Source: Hemiscyllium ocellatum
Taxonomy: Eukaryota
DNA: 64,000 nt
Assembly (NCBI RefSeq): GCF_020745735.1
Contig: NC_083442.1
Coordinates: 36,366,072 to 36,430,071, forward strand
Reading direction: 5' to 3'
Each line of letters begins with the position of its first letter. Position 1 is the first letter of the stretch. The notes beneath the pieces are model-generated. The model did not search any database, was not told the DNA's origin, and saw nothing but the letters and a program-made list of their open reading frames with translations. Made by a program: the position numbers and the translations under genes. Positions 48,394 to 58,859 of the stretch are shown here, piece after piece.

Positions 48394-51289
48394 GCTCTAT
48401 ATTCTCGGCTATAGATGCTCTCGGAACAATGGAAAGGGCGGGGGTGTGGCAAGAAAGTCAGAGGAGTGGCATCTTTGGTTAGGAATAACATTATGGCTGT
48501 ACTTGGAGGATATTCTGGAAAATGTGTCCATTAAGTTGTTTGGTGGAACTTTGAAAGAAAAAAAATGGATGATCATCTTTTTGGGATTGTACTATAGACT
48601 CTGCAGTAGTCGAGTGGGAAATTGAGAAACAAATTTATAAAGAGATCTCAGTTATCTGTAAGAATAGTAGAGTTCAAATGGTAGGGGATTTTAACTTTCC
48701 AAACATAGACTGGGACTGCCATAGTGTTAAGGGCTTGGATGGGGAGGAATTTAAGTATATATAAGAACATTTTTCTTATTCAGTATGTGGATGTACCTAC
48801 GAGAGAAGAAACAAAACTTGACCTTCTGTTGTGAAATAACGTAGGGCAAGTGACAGTTGTTCAGCAGGGGACCACTTTGGGGCCAGTGACTATAATTTGG
48901 TTTGTTTTAAAATAGTTATGGAAAAGGATAGACCAGATCTAAAAGTCAAAGTTCTAAATTAGAAGAAGGCTAATTTTGATGGTATTAGGCAAGAACTTAC
49001 CAAAGTTGATTGGGGATGGATGTTCACAGTTTGGAAGGTGGGAGGCCTTCAAAAATGACATAATGAGAACCCAGAGACAGTATGTTCCTGTTAATGCAAA
49101 AGGCAAGGTTGATGCTGAATGGAATGCTGGATGACTAGAGAAATTGAGGCTCTCATCAAGAAAAAGAAGGAAATATATATCTGGTATAGTCAACAGGGAT
49201 CGAGTGAGTCCCTCAAGAGTATGAGGGCAATAGGAGCATACTTAAGTGGGAAATCAGGAGCACAAATAGGGTTAAGGAGCATCCAACGAGATTCCACAAA
49301 TAATTTAAGGACAAAAGAGTAACTAGTGAGAGAACATGCCCCCTTTAAAAACCAACAAGATCTCCTACGTGTGGAATCACAGCAGATAGGTAAGATACTA
49401 AACAAGTATTTCAGTCAGCATTTACTGTGGAAAAGGATATGGAAGCTGGAGAAATAAATAGTGATGTCTTGGAAAGTGTTCATATTACAGAGGAGGAGAT
49501 GCTAGAAATCTTAACATGCGTAGCAGTGGAGAAATCTCCATGATCTGATCAGGTGTACCCTAGAACTTTGTGGGAAGCTAGATGAGTGATTGCTAGGCCT
49601 CTTGCTGAGATATTTGTATCTTCAATAGCCATGGGTGAGATGGTAGAAGATTGGAGGTTGGCTGTGGTGTTGCCATTACTTAAGGGTAGTAAGGAAAAGC
49701 CAGGGAACTCTAGACAGGTGTTCCTAACATCAGAGATGTGTAAGTTGTTGGAAGGGGTTCTGAATGACAGAATTTAGATGTATTTGGAAAGGCAAGGTTT
49801 GATTAGGGATTGTCAGAATGGTGGTGGTGTGGGAAATCATGTCTGACTAACTTGACTGAGTTATTTGAAGAAGTGATGAAGACTATTTGAAGGCAGAGCG
49901 GTGGACATGATCTATATGGACTTCAGCAAGATGTTTGACTAGGTCCCCCTTAGTAGACTGGTTTGCAAGGTTACATCACGTGGAATCTAGGGAGAGCCAG
50001 CCATTTGTATACAAAATTGGCTTGAAGGTAGGAGCCAGGTGGTGGTGGTGTTGGTGGAGGTGGAGGGTTACATTTTTGACTGGAGGATTATGACCAGTGG
50101 TGTGTCGCAAGGATCGGTGCTGGGTCCACTGCTTTTGTCATTTATATAAATGATTTGAATGTGAACATAAGATGTATAGTTCGTAAATTTGCAGATGACA
50201 CCAAAATTGATGGTGTAATGGACAGTGAAGAAGATTACCTCTGAGTACAACAGGACTTTGCTCAGATGGGTGAAAGGGCTGAGGAGTGGCAGATCGAGTT
50301 TAATTTAGATAATTGTGACGTACTGCATTTTGGAAAGGCAAATCAGGACAGAACTTATACACTCATTAGTAAGGTCCTGGGGAGTATTTCCGAACAAAGA
50401 GACTTTGAGGTGTCGGTTTGTCGTTCCTTGAAAATAGGATTGCAGATAGTAAAGTAGGTGTTTGGTATGGTTGCCTTTATTGGTCAGTGCATTAAGTATA
50501 GGAGTTGGGAGGCTATGATACAGGATATTGGTTAGGCCACTTTTGGAATACTGCATTCAATTCTGGTCTCCCTGCTGTCAGAAGATGTTGTGAAACTTGT
50601 GATGTTACTAGGGTTGGAGGGTTTGAGCTATAGGGAAAAGTCTCAGCCTATTCAGCCTCTCCTTATAACTCCAAACCTTCCAGCCTCAGTTACTCTTTGT
50701 AAATACTCTTTGTACCCTTTCCAATTTAATAACATCCTTCTAAAGCAGGGCAACCAAAATTGTACACAGAACGCCAAATGTGCCCTGGCCAATGTTTTGT
50801 ACAGCTTTAATATGATGTCTCAACTCCTGTACTCTGTGCTCTGACTGACAAAAGCAAGCGTGTCAAACGCTGCCTACACCACTTTGTCTACCTGGGACAC
50901 CACTTTCAGGGAACTACGTAAGTGTGTCCCTGGCTCTGCCTGTATGACAACACTCCCCAAAGCCCTACCATTAACTATCTAAGTCCTGCCCTGGTTATCT
51001 TATCGAAAGGTAACATTGCATTTATCTGCATTAAATTCCATCTGCCATACCTAGATCCACTAGCTCAGTTGTACTCTTAGATCTTCTTCTTCAATGTTCA
51101 GTATACCATCGACTTTGGTGGCAGCACTGACACCAAGTTCCTTTGACAGATAGATCCAAAAAAGTATTGATTTTTGTAACACTGAGTCCTGCCACACTCA
51201 GTTGTGAATGGTGGTAGAAAATTAAAAATTTCACTGGAGATGGAAACTCTACAAATATCCCCATCGTAAATAACAAGGAAGCAAGGCAC

Positions 51290-52650
51290 ATCAGTGGAAA
51301 AGATAAAGCTGAAGCATTGGCAACAATCTTCAGCCAAAAGTGTCGAGTGATGATTAATCTCAGCCTTCTCCAGAGGTCCTCAGCATCACCAATGCCAGTT
51401 TACAGCAAAATTTGATTCACTTCACGCAATAGTAAGAAACAGTTGATGTAACCAGATAGGGCCCATAGCCTGTGTGCTGTTAATATTCTGGCAATAGTAC
51501 TAAAGATGTGCTTCAGAATTTACTTGTTCTTGCCAAGCTGTTCCACTACAGTTTAAACATTGGCATCGACTGGACAATGTTGAAAATTGCCCAGTTATGT
51601 CCCTTACACAAGAAGCAGGACAAATCCAAACTGGTTAATTACTGCCCCATCAATCTACTCTTGACCACAAGGAAAGTGATGGAATATGTCATCATTAGTG
51701 CCTGCTCGGTAATAAGCTGCTTACTCGCATTAAGTCTGGGTTCTATCCAAAACCAGTCAGATCCTGACCTCATTACAGCCTTGGTCCAAGGATGGATGCA
51801 AGAGTTGGACTTCAGAGATGATACGAGTGACTGCTTTTGACATCAATGCCTCTTTTGACAAACTGTAGCATCAAAGAGCCTGAACAAAACTGGAGACAGT
51901 GGGAATGAGGGAATGAAAACTCTCCATTGTTTGGACTCATACCTGACACATAGGAAGTTGATTGTGGTTCTTGGAGGTCAGTCGTCTCAGTTTCAGAATA
52001 TCTCTGCAGGAGTTCCTCAGTGACTTTCCTTCCATCATAAGGTCTTAAGTGGTAGTGTTTGATGGTGATTCCCCAATGTTCAGCACTATTCACGACTCCT
52101 CAGATACTGAAGCAGTCCGTGTTCAAATGCAGCAAGGCTTGGACTGTATTCCTTGAGCTGACAAGTGGCAAGTAACATTCGTATTGCATAAGTGCCAGGC
52201 AGTAACCATCTCCAACATGAGAAAATCTAATCATTGCCCCAAAGCATTCAATAGCATTACTGTCACTGAGTCTCCCATTATCAGGATCCAAGAGTTATCA
52301 CTGACTGAAACTGAACTGGACCAGACAATTATCTGTGGTGACTACAAGAGCACGTCAAAGGCTAGTAGTCCTGCAGGTAGTAACTCACATCCTGACTCTC
52401 CAAAGCCTATCCATCATCTACATGGCACAAGTCATGAGTGTGATGGAATAGTGGGGAGTATTCCAGTTGGTTAAGTCAGCTCAAACAACACTCAAGGACA
52501 AAGCAATTGCTTAATTGGCAACACTTCCACTATCTTCAACATTAACTCTTTTCACAAATGGGTGGGTCTACGGTAGGAGCAGCGTGAATCATCTACCAGA
52601 GGCACTGTAGCAACTCCGACTGGCTCCCCCAAAAGCGCCTTCCAAATCCA
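51290..52650 (+). mobile_element. L2/CR1-clade LINE ORF2 fragment
   Basis: KIAQLCPLHKKQDKSKLVNYCPINLL; AGVPQ. Confidence 0.75.
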
Positions 52651-52696
52651 CCCAAAACGCGAGTGAACAGGAAATTGACACATTTAATCTGGTGTC

Positions 52697-53075
52697 TAGA
52701 TTAGAATGGTGCTGGAAAAGCACAGCTGTTCAGGCAGCATCCGAGGAGCAGTAATATCGACGTTTCGGGCAAAAGCCCTTCATCAGGAATACAGGCAGAG
52801 AGCCTGAAGGGTGGAGAGATAAATGAGAGGAGGATGGGGGTGGGGAGAAAGTAGCATAGAGTACAATAGGTGAGTGAAGGAGGGGATGAAGGTGATAGGT
52901 TTGGGGGGGGTGGAGTGGATAGGTGGAAAAGAAGATAGGCAGATAGGACGAGTCATGGAGACAGTGCTGAGCTGGAAGTTTGGAACTGGATTGAGGTGGG
53001 GGAAGGGGAAATGAGGAAACTGTTGAAGTCCACATTGATGCCCTGGGGTTGAAGTGTTCTGAGGCAGAAGATGAG
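52697..53075 (-). mobile_element. Penelope 3' end / pLTR with an intact hammerhead core
   Basis: Homologous to 46613-46990. Confidence 0.85.
52755..52790 (-). ncRNA. Minimal type I hammerhead ribozyme motif (PLE-type)
   Basis: CUGAUGA-A-GGGC UUUU GCCC-GAAACGUC: conserved core, 4-bp stem II, palindromic ACGU in place of stem III; stem I is only 2 bp in this copy. Confidence 0.7.
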
Positions 53076-53341
53076 GAACCAGGTCCTGTGTTTGGACTTG
53101 GTTACAGGCGTTGAGGCTTGTATATTCCTGGTGCCCACCTGGGGAAGTTTGAGGAATTTTCATTGACATCCTGAATTGTCAGGTCAAATTTTGAGACTTG
53201 AAACCTTGATTAAAACATGTTTCTGTAATCCTTTGTTACTCAGTCAGCGATTTCTACTTTAAGATTAAGTTATCAAGGAGCTTTTACAATTTAATTATGG
53301 AAATTTTAGGTGATGTATGTGCACCGGGTAGTGGTGACCAT

Positions 53342-53728
53342 GTAGAGATTAGAGTGGTACTGGAAGAGCACAACAGGTCAGGCATCATCTGAGGAGCAGG
53401 AAAATCAATAGGCAGGAGCCCTTCATCAGGAATGAGGCTGGAAGCCTTGGGGGTGGAGAAAATAAATGGGAGGGGTGGGGCTGGGGAGAAGGTAGTTAAG
53501 AGTGCAATAGGTGGATGGAGGAAGGGGTGAAGGTGATAGATCGGAGAGGTGAGTGGAGCAGGGCAGAGATGAGAGAGTGAGAGTGAGAGTGACTCACTGA
53601 CATCTTTGTAGAGAGAGGAGGGGAACTTCTTCAAGGTAGGCATCCTTGCAAGAGGATTTGCAGCAAGGTTGAAATCAACTAGGTGAAAGTGAGGACTGCA
53701 GATTCTGGAGATTGGAGTAGAGCTTAGA
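53342..53728 (-). mobile_element. Non-autonomous mini-Penelope monomer (~375 nt), copy 1
   Basis: Terminal redundancy GTAGAG(A/C)TTAGA; probable ORF start MPTLKKF fused to a pLTR with hammerhead motif. Confidence 0.7.
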
Positions 53729-53789
53729 AGGTGATAAGTTAGAAAGTAGGGTGGAGCGGATTTCAAGGATACCTACCTTAAAGAAGTCA

Positions 53790-55073
53790 TGATTTGGGGG
53801 TGCTGGTTTTGGACTGGAGTGTACAAAGTTAAAAATCACACAACACCAGGTTATAGTCCAACAGGTTTAATTGGAAACACGCTGGCTTTCGGAGCGTCGC
53901 TCCTTCATCAGGTGGTAGTGGAGGGCTCAATCCTAACACACAGAATTTATAGCAAAAATTTACAGTGTGATGTAACTGAAATTATACATTGAAAAATTGA
54001 TTGTCTGTTAAGCCTTTCATCTGTTAGAATACCGTGATAGTTTCACTTCTTTCATGTGTAAATCACAAAACCTTTTTTTAAAAAGTCGCATTCTCAGGTT
54101 AGCCATTAACAATGGTGATAGCTAGACAATATGTTGAAGGTGTTGGCCCTCTGTACTTTCTGTCTATGCCATGATGTTTAGGTTGATTTTAATCTAAAAA
54201 GTGAGATAACGGAGTTTTATATGAATTCATGCAGTTCTTGAGCAAAGTGTAATGTAACCCAGCAAGTACAAATTCACCCCACAAAATATATGTGTGTATG
54301 TGGGTCTTTATCTGTCTGTGTGTGTGTATGTGTCTGTCTGCGTTGGGGGTTGTGAGTACGAGAAAGTGAAAGTGTATGTGTGTGCGTGTAGTGAGTGCAG
54401 AATGTCGTAAGTCTGTGAGGGGGTGCATGTGGGAGTGTGGGTATCTGGGTGCATGTCTGTGTATATGTGTGTCCGTGTGTGTGTATAGTGCAATGGTGGT
54501 CACCTGCAATGTGACATGAACCAAAGGTCCCGGTTGAGTCCCTCCCTATGGGTACCGAACTTGGCTATCAGCCTCTGCTCGGCCACTTTTCTCTGCTGCC
54601 TGTCCCGAAGTTCACCTTGGAGGATGGTCACCCAAAGTCCGAGATCGAATGTCCTGGACCACTGAAGTGTTCCCCAACTGGGAAGGAACACTCCTGTCTG
54701 TTGATTGTTGTGTGGTGCCCATTCATCCGTTGTTGTAGCCTTTGCTCGGTTTCCCCAATGTACCATGCCTCCGGACATCCTGGCCTGCAACGTATAAGAA
54801 AGACAATGATGGCTGAGTCACATGAGTACCTGCCATGAACAAGGTGGGAGGTGTCCCCACGCGTAATGGTGGTATCTATGTCCACACTCTGACACGTCTT
54901 GTAGTGCCTACCATGACAGGGTTGTATGGACTTGTCCTGAGAGCCGGGCAGCTTGCTACAAACAACGATCTGTTTGAGATTTGGCGGTTGTTTAAAGGCA
55001 AATAGTGGAGGTGTGGGGAAGGTCTTGGTGAGGTGCTCATCCTCATTGATAATATGTGATTTTTAACTTTGTA
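53790..55073 (-). mobile_element. Penelope family-B element (GIY-YIG + pLTR, short inverted end)
   Basis: GRYSCDSAIIVFLIRCRPGCPEAWYIGETEQRLQQRMNGH; hammerhead motif CTGATGA-AGGAGC GAC GCTCC-GAAAG at ~53886-53915; (CA)-rich UTR. Confidence 0.85.
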
Positions 55074-55074
55074 T

Positions 55075-55467
55075 CTTGAAGAAGTTCTCCTCCTCTCTCT
55101 ACAAAGATTTCAGTGAGTCTCTCTCTCTCTCTCTGTCTCTCTGTCTCTCTCTCTCTCTCTCTCACTGCAACTCCCAGGTCATCTCCTCTGCCCTGAAGCT
55201 CTTCACTTCCTTCCCACCTATCCACTCTACCTTCCACTCTGAACCATCACATTTACCAATTCCTCCATCCACCTATTGCACTCTCAACTACCCCCCCACC
55301 CCCCAATTTATCTCTCTACCACTAAGGCTTCCAGCTTCATTCCTGGTGAAGGGCTCCTGCCCGAAACTTAGATTTTCTTGCTCCTCTGATGCTGCCTGAC
55401 CTGTTGTATTTATCCAGCACCACTCTAATCTCTAATCTCCAGCATCTGCAGTCCTCACTTTCACCTA
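55075..55467 (+). mobile_element. Non-autonomous mini-Penelope, copy 2 (permuted, inverted relative to copy 1)
   Basis: Homologous to 53342-53728. Confidence 0.7.
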
Positions 55468-55849
55468 TTGATGGCCATGTGCCACAGTGTGCTAGATGAT
55501 GATTTCTTGGTCTTTCTAAGCTTCAAGATTGGTAGGAGCAGTTATTTCATCTTTAGTGCAACTAGTTGCCAAACACTCTGTGAAAGCTTAACAAAGTTAG
55601 ATTCTGCAATAATTTCCTGCTGGTAATTTCTGATTAAAGTGGCTTACCGTCTCCATGAGAGCATCAGGCACAAGCCAGGAAACCTGAAGGGAAGCAGCTT
55701 TGTAAAGGATACCCATCATTCTGCCAGGGCTAATACTTGCAGATAACTGAGAGAACTAATAATAGAGATTTCTGTATCGATATGTTCTTATCATTATTTC
55801 TGCTGTTTATAGTCTGTTAACACTGCATTGTAAGTAGCAGGTTATGTGA

Positions 55850-56740
55850 TGGAGCATTCACGTTATACTGCATGAACATTTGAGAACGATAACAGTGGTT
55901 CAGATTAAATACATAGAACATGTGTTCCCACCTGATGGAAAATAGAACTTGGACATATTCTAATGAGGCAACACATGGAAAGCAGCACGATAATGAGACA
56001 CAGCTTGGGCGAGAGAAGCTATATTGAGCCAAAGCTGTAATGAGCCAGGGCATGAGCGAATTGCAACTGTAGTGAGCCAGGGGCATGGGTGAGAGAGGTT
56101 GTAACAAAAGACCACATGGATAAACAGTACCATAAAGAGACTGGATGCAGGAGGGAGTTAGCAATGTAACATTGAGAACTGGAGATATTGTAATGAGATA
56201 ACATATGTGAGATTCACTGTAATGAAGCAAGATGTGGACAAACCATGCTGTAATGAGAACAGGCAACAGGTGGCGACAGGAAACATGGCAAGAGGAAATA
56301 ATGAGATGGGGCATGGGTGAGTGACTCCGTAATGAGATGGGGAGTGGGTGAGAGAGGCTTTTAATGGGACATCACATGAGTAAATAGTACCATAAAGAAA
56401 TAGAGTACAGGTGGCAGCTAACAATTGTAAAATTGTGAACTGGAGACATTGTAATGAGATAGTATATGTGAGATTCACTGTAATGAAACAGAAGCAAAGC
56501 TGTAATGCAACAGAACATGGTAAGTGACATTAAAGTGAGACTGGGCATGAGCAAGAACCACAGGAAATAGACGACAGAGCAGCAATGATACAAGGCATTG
56601 ATGAGAGGCAGCATGAAGGGACTGGATGTGAATTAAAGACCTTATACTGAGTCAACTGTGAGTGATCGGCAATAATGAGATGGGATGTGAATGACAATGT
56701 GAAGAGACAAGGCGCGGGTGAGCGTCACTGTGATGCAATA
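55850..56740. repeat. Degenerate ~30-bp minisatellite with a ~260-bp higher-order duplication
   Basis: Recurrent CTGTAATGAG...GGGCATGGGTGAG; 56086-56230 resembles 56346-56490. Confidence 0.7.
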
Positions 56741-57274
56741 GGGCCTTTGTCTTTCTCTTGAAGTGCTGAAGCATTTTCCAGTTGGGTGCAAGTCTGGTCA
56801 GTCCCAAGTGCCTGCAATAGGTCCTCGGAGAGTCAGTTCAACTATAACGGCAAAAGGAGATCATTCAGCTCTTTGAGCCTTCTCCACCATTAGAATTAAC
56901 GAACAAGGGCACAAGTCTCTCGGAAGTTCAACATTTTGCAGTGTCTCACCATTTACAAAATATTTGTATTTCTAATTTTCCTAGCGAAGTGGTTAATTTC
57001 TGATTTCTCCAAATGATGCTCCATCTGCTAAATGTTTGCCATTCATTTAATCTCCCCAACCCAGTGAAGCATCTTTGCCTTCTCCTCATAGCTCTCACTT
57101 GTGCTGAGTTTTGTCTCACTGTAAACTTGGAAATATTACATTTAATCTCCATTTCCAAATCATTGGTGTGGATTGTGAATAGCTAGGTCCAAGCACAGTT
57201 CCTTGTTGTACCCTACTAGTCATGATCTAACAACCTGAAAATGATCATTTTGTTCCTAGTCTATATTTTCTGTC

Positions 57275-57649
57275 TCTAAGATCTCATGATTTCCTAGTGA
57301 GAGTCCAAGTCTGGTGGTAGATTCAGGTAATCTTTATTGTGACACAATTTGGTTGTAGCTTCAGATCTTAATAGCAAAAAGTTTCTAAATAGCTTTATAC
57401 AACTCAAGCTCATGTGCGCACCCCCCTTTGTATACTATTGGTCAGCAGAGCTGAGTTATCCAACTGGATGTTTGGTACAGCATTTTATACAGCAATTTGC
57501 CTCAGCAATTTACTTGCCGTCGTGTCCTGATTGGACTGTTCTGATGCTCAAAGTTTAACTGTTGGGAGTAACTTTAATTTACTTAGCCCAGTGGACATTC
57601 TGCCACCCTCAGTAATTTCAATATACAATAGCTTGTGTATTCACTATCA
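57275..57649 (-). repeat. ERV 3' LTR (~375 bp)
   Basis: Begins TG after the purine-rich AAGGGAGAATCAAAGCAGGGAT. Contains CCAAT, TATAAA and AATAAA (57333-57338). Homologous to 63828-64000. Confidence 0.85.
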
Positions 57650-57681
57650 ATCCCTGCTTTGATTCTCCCTTAAAATAAATC

Positions 57682-58830
57682 TCAAAACACACCAGCAAAA
57701 GTTGGCTTAGACGTAGTGCAGAAAAGATCTGCCAGAAATGCCAAAGTGTTTCGCCTGCAGAGAAGCAGCTGCGGCCATTGTTGGTAGCAACATTTAACTA
57801 AGAAAACAAATAATATGAAATGAAAATAGCTACAACTTGCAACATTATACCCTGCACCGGTGATGTCCCCCAGTAAACCCAGCCAACCAGTTGTCCAGCT
57901 CCACAAGGTGGGAGATGGAAGCTGTTTTAGTTTGTCCGTTTCTTTTATGATATGTGCTGCCAAGTTGGTGATCCCTTTTTGGAGTTGGAATATAAGTACA
58001 GTATTCTGCCCCAATTAGTGCACTAGTGCCACCCTTTTGGCCAGTACCCAGTCGAGGGCCATTCTGTTCTGCAGTACTGATTTATGGATGGCTACCATTT
58101 CAGTGCTTATTTTGTTCAAAACGTCTGAAGTATCATTAGTCACCTGTTCTAGGACGTATTGATGGATTCCTTCACCAGTTTCGCAGTCTCGTATCAGGTG
58201 ACCAAGATAGCAAAGAATCTTGCTGTCTCTGTAATGGCCCTTTTAAATCTTTGTCAGTGGTAGAGCAAATGAGTGATGAACAAAGAGAAAAACATAACTC
58301 AAATTACATTTATTGTATCCCATCTCCTGCCCTCTTATATGGATTTTACATAAGACTATCAGGAAGGATATGTCTCTCATTCCAGAGATGTTTCTAAGGG
58401 TCAAGAAAGCAGTGTTGTAATTAGGCTGATACAACCTCTGAAAGGCAATCAGATTGTAACCTGTTGTCTCTTTCTGCTCTGGGGGGTCAGTCATGCACGC
58501 CCAATACACCCCTTCCCTGTGCCAGTCATGTTGGATCCTCTAAGGTGATGTTCTTGCGAGTTACCTGTTCTGCCATTTTGGGTGTATTAAAAGGGGTGGG
58601 TCTTAAAAGGATGCTCTCTTTTGAGTAAGTGGGTATGTGGGAGCACACCCAACAACTGGAAATACTAGGTTGTTTGGCGTAAGCATAGGACATATACGAA
58701 AAAATATTCACATTTAATTCCCTTTTCCTTCATCTCTCTTCTGGTGTAGGAAATTGGCAAATTACTAGTAAGCAAACACTCATAATACACACAGTTAGCA
58801 ATATAATAATTCCTGTTTTGGATCAAACGT
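57682..58830 (-). pseudogene. env: ERV env (gamma-type, frameshifted, short SU)
   Basis: SSCWVCSH; furin site RFKR/AITE; ISD VLQNRMALDWVLA; decayed CX6CC (TSALIGAEYC); hydrophobic TM. Confidence 0.88.
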
Positions 58831-58859
58831 TATAGTCCTTTATCAAGCTTCAATTTCAC

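Larger units (their letters stand above)
44500..50640 (+). mobile_element. Near full-length decayed CR1 (ORF1 Zn-finger + SGNH esterase, ORF2 EN/RT) carrying three nested insertions
   Basis: MAFGRVICSSC...YVYRKC; VMGD..VRG, CCLPGAKV, DGLHLN; AITETWL, GDFN, SQGSVLGP, FADDT. Confidence 0.85.

Noticed and set aside
57682-58830. Domesticated (syncytin-like) env gene
   Set aside because: Multiple stops and frameshifts, and a mutated CX6CC
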